Below are positions 12,224-25,577 of a stretch of DNA of 64,000 nucleotides, piece by piece. The stretch is from Octopus sinensis (taxonomy: Eukaryota): positions 46,326,464 through 46,390,463 of the forward strand of contig NC_043011.1 in assembly GCF_006345805.1 (NCBI RefSeq). The letters run 5' to 3'. Under the pieces are notes generated by a model, which saw only the letters and a program-made list of their open reading frames with translations, made no database searches and was not told the DNA's origin. A program made the position numbers and the translations under genes. Each line of letters opens with the position of its first letter. Within the stretch, counting starts at the first letter, position 1.

Positions 12224-12635
12224 TACTCTCTTTACTCTTTTACTTGTTTCAGTCATTTGACTGCTGCCATGCTGGAGCACCACCTTTAGTCAATCAAATC
12301 GACCCCAGGACTTATTCTTGGGAAGCCTAGTACTTGTTTTATCGGTCTCTTTTGCCAAATCGCTAAGTTACAGGGATGTAAACACACCAGCATCGGTTGT
12401 CAAGCGATGTTAGGGGGACAAACACAGATACACAAACACACACACACATATATATATACATATACATATATACGACGGGCTTCTTTCTGTTTCTGTCTAC
12501 CAAATCCACTCACAAGGCTTTGGTTGGCCCGAGGCTATAGTAGAAAACACTTGCCCAAGGTGCCATGCAGTGGGACTGAACCCAGCACCATGCGGTTGGT
12601 AAGCAAGCTATTTACCACACAGCCACTCCTGTGCC
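12224..12635 (-). mobile_element. Family A SINE
   Basis: Full reverse-complement copy. Confidence 0.9.
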
Positions 12636-14197
12636 TCCACACAACCACTCGTTTATTTATTTATTTTATTTTGAGTTGGTTTAGACTTCTCTGAAGTAAT
12701 TTGTCTTTAGTAGAAATTAACAATTATGCTCGAATAAACTTTCAGGGTCAACAATTTTCTAATTGATTTTATTAGTTAACTGAAGACATTATTGATATTA
12801 TACCCTTATAACATAGAATATAGGCTCAAAACCACCCCTAAATGTAAACCATAAATCTAAGTAGAAATGTTTAAGGATATAGAATCAACTCTGAAGAGAG
12901 ATTGGATACACTCTCACATAAATTCTTATTTACTTTGCATAATTTCCCTTTATGTTTCTTCTCCTGTTAAACCTATGTCGCTGGCAACCGAAAGTCTATA
13001 AATATATTTTCCAGCTGTTTCTATACACTTCAACTTTAACCATTCCTTTTTATTGCTTGATTTACAACACCATTTCTTTAATACATTGCATCCTACCTAC
13101 ATAGTTTCTATTCAGTATATGATTCATAAGAGGTTGCTTTTAAGAATATCTCCCACTTCTAAAATACAATTTAATATATCTGGTTCCCTAATCACTTTTG
13201 CAGCCTATATTACGATAACTTGTTATGTGTAAGTCAGAAATCAATATTCATGAACGATAAATTTCTTCAATCTTCTACTAATTAAAAGCTTTCTAATTTT
13301 TTTCTCACTTAACAGTTCCTTTTTACAAAAGAATATCATAACATGCATTATTTGTTTGAGTGTCAACTAATTAATTTAATATATTGTCTATTTGTTTTGC
13401 AATTAAACCTTTTGTTTAATCTAAGATTAAAGAATAGTATTGATTTAAAGTGTAACATTTCAACATGACCAAAGATTAATTTTAGGTTAAAACATTAAAC
13501 CTTAGTAGCTTACCAAAGCTAAAATCTTTCAATTTTAACAAATGTTTATTAAAACCAAACGCATCCATCTCTTCATCATAATCTATTATGAATTTAAGCC
13601 ATATATAATCTCTTTAAAGTTTGCATTTTTAATAAATGAAGTAACTTGCTTCCTGTTTGAAGAGTCTGCACATCAATATTATTATCAACTCCCACCCACT
13701 TACATTATAATTATCACCATAATTAGTTTTAGATCTCCTTTGAAAGTTGGACTCAGATGAAGTCTCTTCATATCTAATCAACTCAGTTTTATGCTCTCTA
13801 TCTAATCTATTATCACTAACATTTGATTGTTTTATCCCAAGACTATCTCTGAAACTCTGCTATTACAAATTCCTGTCATACATATCCAAATGTAAAGCAA
13901 TCAGTGATGTAAAGAAATGAGACCAGTTGCTGTTAGTTTAATGTTCTATCATTTCTGTCAATTCACTGTTTGATTTGTAATACTCATTTCTACCATAGGC
14001 ACAAAGCCGTGCATTTTGTTCGACTGAGTGGTTGATTAACCCTTGTACTAGACTTGAACTTATTTTACCAAACAAAGAAAGATGAAAGAGGAAACTGACA
14101 TTGGCAGGACATCAATGTAAAGCTAAACAAATGAATAACACAAAGAGTTTTGTCAGCCACTTTACTAATTCTGATAATCCATTTCCATTTTTGATTA

Positions 14198-14563
14198 TCG
14201 TGGCCGATGCCAGCGCCGCCTCGACTGGCTTCCGTGTCGGTGGCACGTAAAAAGCACCATCCGAATCGTGGCCGAAGCCAGTGCCGCCTCGACTGGCTTC
14301 CGTGCAGGTGGCACGTAAAATGCACCAATCCGACCGTGGCCGATGCCAGCCTCGCCTGGCACCAGTGCAGGTGGCACGTAAAAAGCACCCACTACACTCA
14401 CGGAGTGGTTGGCGTTAGGAAGGGCATCCAGCTGTAGAAACATTGCCAGATAAGACTGGAGCCTGGTGCAGCCTTCTGGCTTCCCAGATCCCCGGTCGAA
14501 CCGTCCAACCCATGCTAGCATGGAGAACGGACGTTAAACGATGATGATGATGATGATGATGAT
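14198..14563 (+). mobile_element. Family C retroposon with about 3 tandem 5' units
   Basis: About 68-bp units plus core and (GAT)n tail. Confidence 0.9.
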
Positions 14564-14574
14564 TATAACATTGC

Positions 14575-14755
14575 TTTCAAATTTTGGCACAGGGCCAGCA
14601 ATTTCAGGGACTGGGCTAAGTAAATTACATTGATCCCACTGCTCAAATGGTACTTATTTTATCAACCCCAAATGAAAGGTAAAGTCGACCTTGACAGAAT
14701 TAAAACTCAGAAGATAAAAACAAATGAAGGGAAACTAAGCATTTTGCCTGCTCAG
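14575..14755 (-). mobile_element. Family B SINE (tail B2), degenerate
   Basis: tttcaaattttggcac...aaagtcgacc...gcattttgcc. Confidence 0.8.
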
Positions 14756-14797
14756 CCCCTTATTTCTTGATTTATGATATTACTTGGTATTTATTAA

Positions 14798-15526
14798 CCC
14801 TTTTGAGACACACAGTGTTTTGGTATGTGTAGCCAAATTGGCCAAAATGTTTTTTGTATTGAGATTGAATTTGTTGGGTGCACATAAAAAGCACTATCCG
14901 AACGTGGCCGATGCCAGCGCCGCCCCGACTAGCTTCTGTGCTGGTGGCACATAAAAAGCACCATCCGAACGTGGCCGATGCTAGCGCTGCACCGACTGGC
15001 TTCTGTGCCGGTGGCACATAAAAAGCACCATCCGAACGTTGCCAGCTCCACCTTGGATGGCTTCCGTGCCGCTGGCACGTTAAAAGCTCCAACCAATCGT
15101 GGACGATGCCGGACCCCACCCCTGGCATCTGTGCAGGTGGCATGTAAAAAGCACCCACTACACTCGCGGAGTGGTTGGCGTTAGGAAGGGCATCCAGCCG
15201 TAGAAACTCTGCCAGATCAGACTGGAGCCTGGAGCAGCCCCTGGCTTGCCAGACCCCAGTCGAACCGTCCAACCCATGCTAGCGCGGAAAACGGACATTA
15301 AACGATGATGATGATGATGATGTAGAAAACAAAGGATAAAGCACCTAAAACTCTTTTATTAGTTTGTAAAACTGTATATTTTATATAGTTTTATATTATA
15401 TCCACTGAAAGATGATCTCTGATTGGTTATTACACTTCAAAATGGCTGATTGGCTATTACACTTCATCGTGTCATTTGGGCTTGTGTCATTTGGGCTGAT
15501 CAATCAGCCCGGGTGTCCCAAGGGGG
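14798..15526. mobile_element. piggyBac-type MITE carrying a nested family C insertion
   Basis: TTAA-CCCTTTTGAGACAC ... GTGTCCCAAGGGGG-TTAA; 14-bp TIR with 3 mismatches. Confidence 0.65.
14877..15321 (+). mobile_element. Family C retroposon with 4-5 tandem 5' units
   Basis: Units plus core and (GAT)n tail. Confidence 0.9.
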
Positions 15527-15595
15527 TTAAGATATTAAAGCACATCAATTCTTCTTTCCATCCTTCTTTGCATATAACTATGTATACATGTTTAT

Positions 15596-15759
15596 AGGCG
15601 CAGGAGTAGCTGTGTGGTAAGAAACTTGCCTCCCAACCACATGGCTCTGGGTTCAGTCCCACTGCATGGCAGCTTGGACAAGTGGCTTCTACTGTAACCT
15701 TGGGCTGACCAAAGCCTTGTGAGTGGATTTGGTAGATAGAAACTGAAAGAAGCCCATCT

Positions 15760-15796
<37 letters not shown>

Positions 15797-16035
15797 GTTT
15801 GTGTGTGTATATATTTGTGTGCCTGTGTTTGTCCCCCAACCCACCGCTGGACAACCGATGTTGATGTGTTTATATCCCCATAACTTAGTAGTTAGCAGTC
15901 TGGCAAAAGAGACCGATAGAATAAGTACTAGGTTTATAAAGAATAAGTCCTGGGGGTGGATTTGTTTGACTAAAGGCAGTGCTCCAGCATGGCTGCAGTC
16001 AATTGAGTGAAACAAGTAAAAAAGTAAAAGAAAAG
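15596..16035 (+). mobile_element. Family A SINE
   Basis: Full copy with internal (TA)/(TG) tract. Confidence 0.9.
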
Positions 16036-17232
16036 AATACACATTAAACAACATAAGAACAAGTATGATCAGCCACTTAATTCACTTTTATTTAGACTAC
16101 GCAAATACTTTGAAGGTGACTATGTCAGATCAGTTCTGTTTGATATGGCTAAAAAAAACGTATTTAAATAATATATTTAAATGGTTGAAAATAAAACAAG
16201 GAAAATGTGAAACGAATATGTCAACAATATTATTTTTTTCTGCTGAGAGTAGGTCACAATGAAATGTTAAATTAACTGGAGCTGTGACTAAGTACAAAAC
16301 TTAAGTCATTTAAAAACTTGAAAAATTTGTCTTTTAACAATTTAATGTCATCTGCTTTATGCACTGTTTTTGCACACCATTTTTGTTGTTATTTTGAAAG
16401 CTTTAAAAATTTTAGAAAATTAAGTGTTCTTGTTGTTTTCCAGGTTTTTGAGTTCTTTTAGTAAAAGGAAAATTTGGTGACTGGTAAAAAAAAAATCAAC
16501 AAGTGCACTTATTAAAAAAATAAAAGGAATTCTCTAAATTTAGCAATGTATTAAAGATTAAAGTAAAAACTGAGGAAATGAAACAGAAAGGGCAATATTA
16601 GATTTTAATGGATTACATGACTAAAAAGAGAAATTAATATTGGCTGTAAAAGTAAACCCTCAAATTCTTCATACAAAATGCTTTAAATAAACTTTACATA
16701 AAACACTTTTTATGAGTCCTATAATGTCATTAAGTAAATTCAAATGTCACAAGAATTTGATGTATGGAAGAACGAATTTAAAATGGTTCAGTTTCCTTTG
16801 GAACTTGGCTACCAGCCCAATTACAAATTAACTATATCAGAATTCTGAAAACTGGGTTCCACAGAACTCAAAGATTCTCTGAAAAAATTTCATGTGATAA
16901 GGTGTCATTTAATAAAATTAAATAAAAATTTAGTTTCTAAAAAGCGAAAAAATAAAATGATATTAATTACTTTCAAACTAATAAGTTGCTATTATTGATT
17001 TTTATGTGAATACATTTTCTCTTTAAAACAATTTTTGTTAGAGTTAGTGTCTTATAAAAATTCGAGTGGTGAGAGTAGTCCTTATAATATAGAGATAGGT
17101 TTTTTACGATTTTTTGAAAATTGTGTAAGAGGTTTTCATATATAATTTTGGGAACCACTTAGCTGTATAAACGAAAGTCAGTAATTAACATTCTAGTTTC
17201 TCAGACTACTTAATCCAAGTAGTAATTTTAAT

Positions 17233-17404
17233 TTAATGTGCCATCATTAAATATCTATTATAATCTTTGGAATCATCTGGCCAAATTGAATACATGACCA
17301 ATAGATTCTGAGGTGAATCTGCAGACAAGTCAAAGAAAAGGCGCATTCCTCTTTCATATAGTGTGCATGTGTGTAGAATTTGGCACCATTCCAACAAGCT
17401 GAAT
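17233..17404 (-). CDS. Candidate terminal coding exon of an unidentified gene: FSLLEWCQILHTCTLYERGMRLFFDLSADSPQNLLVMYSIWPDDSKDYNRYLMMAH*
   Basis: tagttatctcatag acceptor; 56 open codons of protein-like composition in unique DNA; TAA followed by ATTAAA. Confidence 0.5.
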
Positions 17405-18059
17405 CTATGAGATAACTAGATACTTCTTTTATTTCGCCAAAAGTAATTAAAAGTTCTAATTAATACTTGATTACAGAACCTAAAACTTGAAAATCCCAAC
17501 AACAATTTTAGTCACTTCTTTCACATTATGTCTTTAACGTTTATATTTTAGTATTTAGTTAGCAATCAAAGGAATAAAATGAAAAGGAAAAAAGCAAAGC
17601 TGAAGTAATGTAATTATATTTTTCTTATTAGAAGACACTTCCTGCATTGTAATCTTTTAATTGCCCCAGGGGAGGACCTTTACCTCTAAACAATACATCA
17701 GCTGGCAATCCAAGGTGTGACTATCTGACGTACACAAAAATGCTAAACATTAAGGAGTATTGATGCAGTTGCTTTACATAACTGGAGAAGCAGGCAAAGG
17801 AATATATTTGTAGACTAGTATATCTGTGTCATTCCTAATGATGGTAAATATGCTTATCATGCATAAATGAGATGAAACTGATAATGAAAAACAATTAAAG
17901 TATGGAAAAACGTGTTTAATTTTAAATGCAGTTATTTACATAATGCCATATATACTTCACAGCAAATAATACAGGAATTTTTGTTTGTATACATTAGAAG
18001 AAAAGACGTTATTACAACAAGTAATTTTAGTTTTCCTTAGTTAGAGATATATACATATA

Positions 18060-18093
18060 TGTATGGATGGATGATGGATAGATAGATAGAGAG

Positions 18094-18124
<31 letters not shown>

Positions 18125-18150
18125 AAGAGAGGGAGAGATGGGTGAGAGAG
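18060..18150. repeat. (GATG)/(GATA)/(GA)n compound microsatellite
   Basis: Direct reading. Confidence 0.9.
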
Positions 18151-20347
18151 TGAACAGAAAGGTAACTTTGGAAGGAATTTAGTTTATCTGTATTTTTGTT
18201 AAGGTCAGCTGTTGCTTCTACTGATTGCTTTTTTATGTTTTTTGGACCTACCCCCCACCCCCACCCCACATATAAACACATGATATGTGTATGTGTGTTT
18301 GACTGTATGAGTGAAAGATAGACAGAAATAGAGAGTGCTAAACAGATCCATTTTAAATTTGCTATTGCCGCTCACTTCCTATTTGTTGTATGATTACCCC
18401 CTACTGCATTACACAAAATGTAAAAATACACAAAATAAATTAGAGAAGGTAATTTTGTAAAATTTAGTTCAATTATAGCAATTCTACCCTAGTAAAAATG
18501 TATTAAAGGAAATTTCTTCGATGAAACTGGCTATCTAAATCAAACTCAGGATCATTGGACTTAGAGATTGAACAAAAAAATTTTCAACGTTTCTATTAAT
18601 AAATCTTGTTCAATATATAAAAACAAAAACATTCTTGTGTAAATAGGTCCAGGTCGGTCTGGAAAAAATAGACCAGTTGTCACGGGCATTTTAACCATGA
18701 CCTTCATTGTTTGGATAAAGTGTATATTATCTAATGTGTCCTTTTCCTTTTAAGATTGTAGGGTGTAATTTTAGAAGAATTTGACTGCTATTAATAGCAA
18801 GTCAAACAATAACATAAATAGAGGATCCCTTCACTTTGGTGTCATATTAAGAGTCTGAGGCACTGTTAGGCAAATGTGGGTGCTAGACTTTAAAATGCAT
18901 GGAATAAACTTAGCAAGTTGTTACCAATGTTGATAACAAAGGATTTCTCTGTGTGTCTAATAGGTGGACAATATGAAATACTTACAGGAATGCAGTGATG
19001 CATAACAGTAAGACATAAGTATTGTATGTCAAAGAAAGATTTGTGGAGACTGGAGAGAAATGGGTCAAATATGATGTATTGGAATGGGGAAAGCTATCTT
19101 ACATGAAAAGCATTAGCCAATTTGTGCAGGATTAAACTGAAAGTGGATTGTACTCATTGGAGATAATGAGAGATATGGGAAGACATCATGAAATTGTATT
19201 CTTAAGCTGTTGAGGCTTTCAGATATGATAACATAAGATTAGGAAGAATGTCGTTTATTATAATGCAGGAAAAATAAATGTTAAAACTGGATAAGCATAT
19301 CTTTCAAATCTAATCAAAACACCAATTGTGTATATGACAATGTTTAGTAATCTTAATGAGATCAGGAAAAACGAAGAAATTCAATAATTTATTACAGTTT
19401 TAAAACCATTTTTAATGCCAGAATGGTTAAATGGTTAAATAAATTTGTTTATATTTGAATTATGGAGAATAGTTCTAAATGTTAATCACAGCATCTTAAA
19501 AAAATTACACTCATTTCAGTTAGGCAGAATAAAGGATTTAGAATATAATTTCTTGTATCAAGATGTAAATGATTTCACAGATAGTAGACCACAATCTTAA
19601 ACATAGAGCCAAAGTTATTCCTTACGAAAATATTCAAAACTAAGAAGTTAGTTTGTTCAGATGTATAAATGCAGGATTTTAGATTTATTAAAAAAATGAA
19701 GTATAAAATAGAATAAACAAAAGGAGCTTACCAAACAACAAGAATAGTACAGATCAAACATTATGATTGCCTTATTACATGACAAGATAGTGTTGTAGTA
19801 AGAATTTCTCGGGACACAGTAAACAAGTGGGACGAAACAAGAAAAACAATGTTGTAACATTTGTGAATTAAAGATCGACATTAAACATGAGTGAGTAGAT
19901 AATTAATCATCCAGAAGTGAATTAAACTTTCAGTGTACGGCCATGCAATATAACAGATGAACTGAAGAAGGGAGTCATTAGCAACATATTACAATGCTGC
20001 TTGGCAGGATGTCACAAAGAATACTTTTATTCGCACATTCCTGGGTTTACTTTTTAGAAAAAGAAAACAAAATCAAACAAATCATTGTTAGCCGCTGGAT
20101 GTGTAACCAGGGAAGTTGGTGGACATACTAATAATTAGATCTGACAACAGATCGATAAGTTTGGAGTAGTTTAAACTGCAGCATTAAGACTTTTGCTCCT
20201 GAGTTCAAATTCTACCAGGAGTGATATTTTTTTTATTACAACAGGGGTAAAGTAGTTCAAACTGCAACATTGAGACCCTTTGTTTCTGAGTCCAAATTCT
20301 ATTGGGCTTGACAGTAATAACAGCATACTGATACATACATATATACA

Positions 20348-20590
<243 letters not shown>

Positions 20591-20591
20591 A

Positions 20592-21038
20592 TGTCTGGCA
20601 ACCGTGTCGGTGGCACGTAAAAGCACCATCCGTTCGCGTCCGTTGCCAGCCTCGGCTGGCCCCCGTGCCGGTGACACGTAAAAGCACCGTCCGTTCGTGG
20701 CCGGTTGCCAGCTCTGTCTGGCCCCGTGTCGGTGGCATGTAAAAGCACCATCCGTTCGTGTCCGTTGCCAGCATCGCCTGGCCCCGTGCCGGTGACACGT
20801 AAAAGCACCATCCGTTCGTGGCCGTTCGCCAGCTCTGTCTGGCACCTGTGCAGGTGGCACGTAAAAAACACCCACTACACTCGTGGAGTGGTTGGCGTTA
20901 GGAAGGGCATCCAGCCGTAGAAACACTGCCAGATCTGACTGGGCCTGACGAAGCCTTCCAGCTTCACAGACCCCAGTTGACCCGTCCAACCCATGCTAGC
21001 ATGGAAAGCGGATGCTAAACGATGATGATGATGATGAT

Positions 21039-21041
<3 letters not shown>
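20592..21041 (+). mobile_element. Family C retroposon with 4-5 alternating about 60-bp units
   Basis: Units alternate gtggca(c/t)/gtgacac starts; core and (GAT)n tail present. Confidence 0.9.
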
Positions 21042-21088
<47 letters not shown>

Positions 21089-21089
21089 A

Positions 21090-21162
<73 letters not shown>

Positions 21163-21172
21163 ATATATATAT
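21042..21172. repeat. (TA)n/(TG)n microsatellite
   Basis: Direct reading. Confidence 0.95.
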
Positions 21173-22081
21173 AAAGGAAAAAGGAAGACAAGAAGTCTTG
21201 TACCTAAACATAAGAAATCATTAATAATGTTTTTTCTTTGGAATTATGAATGTATTCTGTAAGTAATTTATATTTTTGATTATTAAATTTCATAGCAGAT
21301 TCTATCATGGTTTACATCGAATAGATTACATTTGTTCCTTTTTTTTAAATAGTAGTCAGGAATACAACCTGACATATGCAATCCATTTCAGTAACAAGAA
21401 TGACATATGCATTCATGCATTATTGATCGAAAGAATAATCCAGATTATGTTTATTTTTAGGTGTTTTGTGCTATTTTAGGAAGCTACAGCCATTACTACC
21501 TCTGTCCATATTGGTTATTCAAATTACAAGATGAAGATCGCTAGTTATTCAAATGGATATACTCCTTAATGTTATATAAAGAGAATGCTGAAAATTCATA
21601 GGGGCTTTAATTAATCAATATAATGTTCCTGCTGTGTTAAACATGTCACACTGACATTACCTAGTCATGAATTATCTATAAATACGCATTTCAAGATTTC
21701 TTAATTTGGGAAATGCGGCAATGATATAACAGTACATACCCCAAATCAATTATAGAATAAGGACAAAGGCTAATTAATAAATTGGAATTACAAACAAAAA
21801 AGTAATTTCAAACTTTTAATTAAGTTAGTTCCATATGTGTTAGTCAAATAATGTTGTCATATGCTTGCTTTTATTTTTCTTTACATTCCACCAAACATTG
21901 TACACACTAATTTATTGTATGCAATGAATGTATTTGCAAAACACAACTCAGAACTGTTTTGTTTTCAACTGAGAGTAAATGCTATCAGGTGCAATGCTTC
22001 AGGAGCTGTTAATGCACTTTTCCTCCAATGCTTGAGATGAGAGGAAATTAAAAGTGAGCTATATAGTATTTATATATTTTA

Positions 22082-22392
22082 GGCACATAAAAAACACCAT
22101 CCGAGCGTGGCCGTCTGCCAGCCTCGTCTGGCACCTGTGTCGGTGGCACATAAAAACACCATCCGAGCGTGGCCGTTCGCCAGCCTCGTCTGGCACCTGT
22201 GTCGGTGGCACATAAAATCACCCACTACACTCTCGGAGTGGTTGGCGTTAGGAAGGGCATCCAGCTGTAGAAACACTGCCAGATTTGACTGGCCTGGTGC
22301 AGCCTTCGGGCTCCCCAGACCCCAGTTGAACCGTCCAACCCATGCTAGCATGGAAAACGGACGCTAAATGATGATGATGATGATGATGATGA
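22082..22392 (+). mobile_element. Family C retroposon
   Basis: Two near-identical 60-bp units plus core and (GAT)n tail. Confidence 0.9.
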
Positions 22393-22803
22393 GGCACAGG
22401 AGTGGCTGTGTGGTAAGTAGCTTGCTAACCAACCACATGGTTCTGGGTTCAGTCCCACTGCGTGGCATCTTGGGCAAGTGTCTTCTGCTATAGCCCCGGG
22501 CCGACCAATGCCTTGTGAGTGGATTTGGTAGACGGAAACTGAAAGAAGCCTGTCGTATATATGTATATATATATAAGTGTGTGTGTGTATATGTTTGTGT
22601 GTCTGTGTTTGTCCCCCTAGCATTGCTTGACAACCGATGCTGGTGTGTTTACGTCCCCGTCACTTAGCGGTTCGGCAAAAGAGACCAATAGAATAAGTAC
22701 TGGACTTACAAAGAATAAGTCCCGGGGTCGATTTGCTCGACTAAAGGCGGTGCTCCAGCATGGCCACAGTCAAATGACTGAAACAAGTAAAAGAGTAAAA
22801 GAG
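22393..22803 (+). mobile_element. Family A SINE directly following the (GAT)n tail of a family C copy
   Basis: gatgatga|ggcacaggagtggctgtgtgg; CpG-rich, young-looking. Confidence 0.9.
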
Positions 22804-23224
22804 TTTATAAATAAATAACTACTTATAGAAATATCTCATGAGTTTTGTTGTGGTATGCTGACAAGAAACAGGAAATCTCTTCACACAATAAATAATGTGG
22901 AATAATATTTTAATATGGCTACAATACAGAGAAGAATGAATGAATTTATTATTAATTTTGAGTCCATTAGATTTTATTCATGTCAGCAAATTATAAAGCA
23001 AAAGAGTGAGTAGATATGTTTCAAAAATTTTCGATGGTGAAAGTTTTGCATACAAGAATATGGGGTGTAAATTACAATGACATTTAGTTCCAATAAACAA
23101 GGATAAAAAAAAAAGCAAAATAAAAAAAATATATAACTTGGTAATACTTGATAAATAATTTTAATTAAGAGGAATAGATAAATAAATATGTAAATATGTT
23201 GACAATAAATTATATATTATTGAC

Positions 23225-23450
23225 TTTGTATGTGTGTGTACACGGCTGCATGTATTTAAGTGTGTATCATTATTCATAGGTATATGTTCATACATGTATG
23301 TGAACATATATACATACATATATATATATATCTGTGTGTATGTGTGTATATATATATATATTGGTGCATGTATATACTTATGCATATGTATGTATATGTA
23401 TGCATAGGTGTGTGTGTATCAGTGTGTATATATATACACACACACACAAA
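23225..23450. repeat. Imperfect (TA)/(TG) microsatellite
   Basis: Direct reading. Confidence 0.9.
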
Positions 23451-23802
23451 TAAGTGCATCTAATGTAAACTATATCATTACCCACTTTGGTAACCTTGCA
23501 TCTCTCTATCACTCATTTGTCTGTCACACATGTCTCTGCCATCATGCTTCCATCTCCCATGTCTTCATCACTCATAACCCTATTACTCATCTGTCAATCA
23601 TTCGCCTTGCACTATGCTGCCAGTATCACTAAGGATTGCAGTGGATTTCAACAGTTCATGGTTTCCGGCATGATTAGGGATACCACATCTCTTATCTGAC
23701 TCATTGTCCAACACTTTACACTTCCCTTTCTGACTTATTCTTTCACCCACCTGAAGCATATGTATAAGGGACATCATCAAATCTGCCTCTAACCCCATCC
23801 CC

Positions 23803-24024
23803 TATTTCTTTACTGCCCAGAAGGGGCTAAACATAGAGGGGACAAATAAGGACAGACAAAGGGATTAGGTCGATTATATCGACCGCAGTGCGTACCTGGT
23901 ACTTACTTTATCGACCCCGAAAGGATGAAAGGCAAAGTCGACCTCGGCGGAATTTGAACTCAGAATGTGACGGCAAACAAAATACCGCTAAGCATCTCAC
24001 CTGGCATGCTAACATTTCTGCCAG
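23803..24024 (-). mobile_element. Family B SINE (tail B1) with 16-bp target-site duplication
   Basis: ctctaaccccatcccc at 23787-23802 and 24025-24040. Confidence 0.95.
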
Positions 24025-24311
24025 CTCTAACCCCATCCCCACACTCTGCTTATATTCCCATTCTGGCCATTCGATGTGAAATCTATCATCTGCTCCCAAC
24101 ATTTATTCACCTCTTGCTATTCACTACTCTCTCAATTCTCTCATTCCTATCCTCTCTCTCGTATATATAAGTGATGGAGGCAGCATTAATACTGAGAAGT
24201 AATATTTATTCTGAGTTAAATGTGGATGTTTTGTTGGAAAAAACTTTAGAATGGTAGACACCATGAGAAGAAACCTCACATGGACTTTTGGTGCAAAAAG
24301 CATGTTTGTTT

Positions 24312-24707
24312 ATACTCTTACTCTTTTACTTGTTTCAGTCATTTGACTGCAGCCATGCTGGAGCACCACCTTTAGTTGAGCAAATCGACCCCAGGACTTA
24401 TTCTTTGTAAGCCTAGTACTTATTCTATCAGTCTCTTTTGCTGAACTGCTAAGTTATGGGGGACATAAACACACCCGCATCGGCTGTCAAGCAATGGTGC
24501 GGGGGGACAAACACAGACACACACATATATGTATATATATACATATATATACAATGGGCTTCTTTCTGTTTCCGTCTACCAACTCCACTCATAAGGCTTT
24601 GGTCGGCCCGAGGCTATAGTAGAAGACACTTGCCCAAGGTGCCACACAGCAGGACTGAACCTGGAACTATGTGGTTTGTAAGCAAGCTACTTACCACACA
24701 GCCACTC
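24312..24707 (-). mobile_element. Family A SINE
   Basis: Reverse-complement copy. Confidence 0.9.
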
Positions 24708-24799
24708 AAGTGTCTATATTGCTGACTTTATATATCCTCTTTATGCATCTTCTCTGGTGTCATGATAAAATGTACTGAGTTCACTATGTTGGTGTTAAG

Positions 24800-25030
24800 G
24801 CGGCGAGCTGGCAGAAACGTTAGCACGCAGGGCAAAATGCTTAGTAGTATTTCGTCTGCCGTTACGTTCTGAGTTCAAATTTCGCCGAGGTCGACTTTGC
24901 CTTTCATCCTTTTCGGGGTCGATAAATTAAGTACCAGTTACGCACTGGGGTCGATATAATCGAATTAATCCCTTTGCCTGTCTTTGTTTGTCCTCTCTGT
25001 GTTTAGCCCCTTGTGGGCAATAAAGAAATA
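24800..25030 (+). mobile_element. Family B SINE (tail B1) with 15-bp TSD
   Basis: tatg(t/c)tggtgttaag at 24785-24799 and 25031-25045; CpG-rich. Confidence 0.95.
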
Positions 25031-25577
25031 TATGCTGGTGTTAAGAAAGGTACCCAACAACAGAAACCAAACCGACATTGAAAATTATGAGTAAAATGTG
25101 AACCTCCAGCCTATCTCGAAGAACAGCAACAACCTACCAACTCATTTCACATGAAAAATTATAATCTTTAAGGGTATGAATCGAGAATGCTCTGCAGGAT
25201 ACTTTATGGCAATTATAACGAAGTTCAAACGAATACTTTCGGTAGGTGTAATAGCCCTCGTTTGCTTTGCTAAGAAGATTATAGAATAAACTGCTATACC
25301 TTCCAGTGACAACACTTCATTAAGGAGTGGTATAAAAGGGTCTGATAATATAGCAAATGAGAATAATTGAAAATTAAAAGGATATTCTTAATGTGACAAT
25401 TGCATGAAAAGTACTTAGCAAAAAAACTAATTAGCTAAGACAGACAAGTTTTGACAGAATTAAGTACCACATTATAAAGTTGTCAATGAGAAAAATGATT
25501 TATGGGAAGCATGTTTTCTTAAAGGGTTTACATCAAATCAAAGCAAGTGGTATGTTCACTGGCAGATGAAACCTTAC

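Noticed and set aside
14198-14390. CRISPR-like repeat-spacer appearance of family C arrays (also 14877, 20592, 22082, 55428)
   Set aside because: Eukaryotic context, no cas genes, 'spacers' homologous to each other, and each array is attached to a dispersed retroposon core with a (GAT)n tail
17640-17790. Exon-like GC-richer patch upstream of the candidate terminal exon
   Set aside because: The best acceptor gives stops in all frames; the alternatives are out of phase with 17233-17404
18247-18268. G-run cluster on the minus strand (GGGGTGGGGGTGGGGGGTAGG) as a G-quadruplex
   Set aside because: Only three full G-runs; at best a weak two-tier structure
18780-18806. Near-perfect 27-bp palindrome tttgactgctattaatagcaagtcaaa
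   Set aside because: Short, and appears to lie within a degenerate dispersed repeat; compatible with chance
19936-20055. Frame reading KKGVISNILQCCLAGCHKEYFYSHIP, reminiscent of an insulin-like A chain; another frame (AWQDVTKNTFIRTF) resembles a pogo/Tigger C-terminus
   Set aside because: The final Cys of CCxxxCx8C is absent, no B chain or signal exon was found and the donor is weak; the transposase similarity is too short to call
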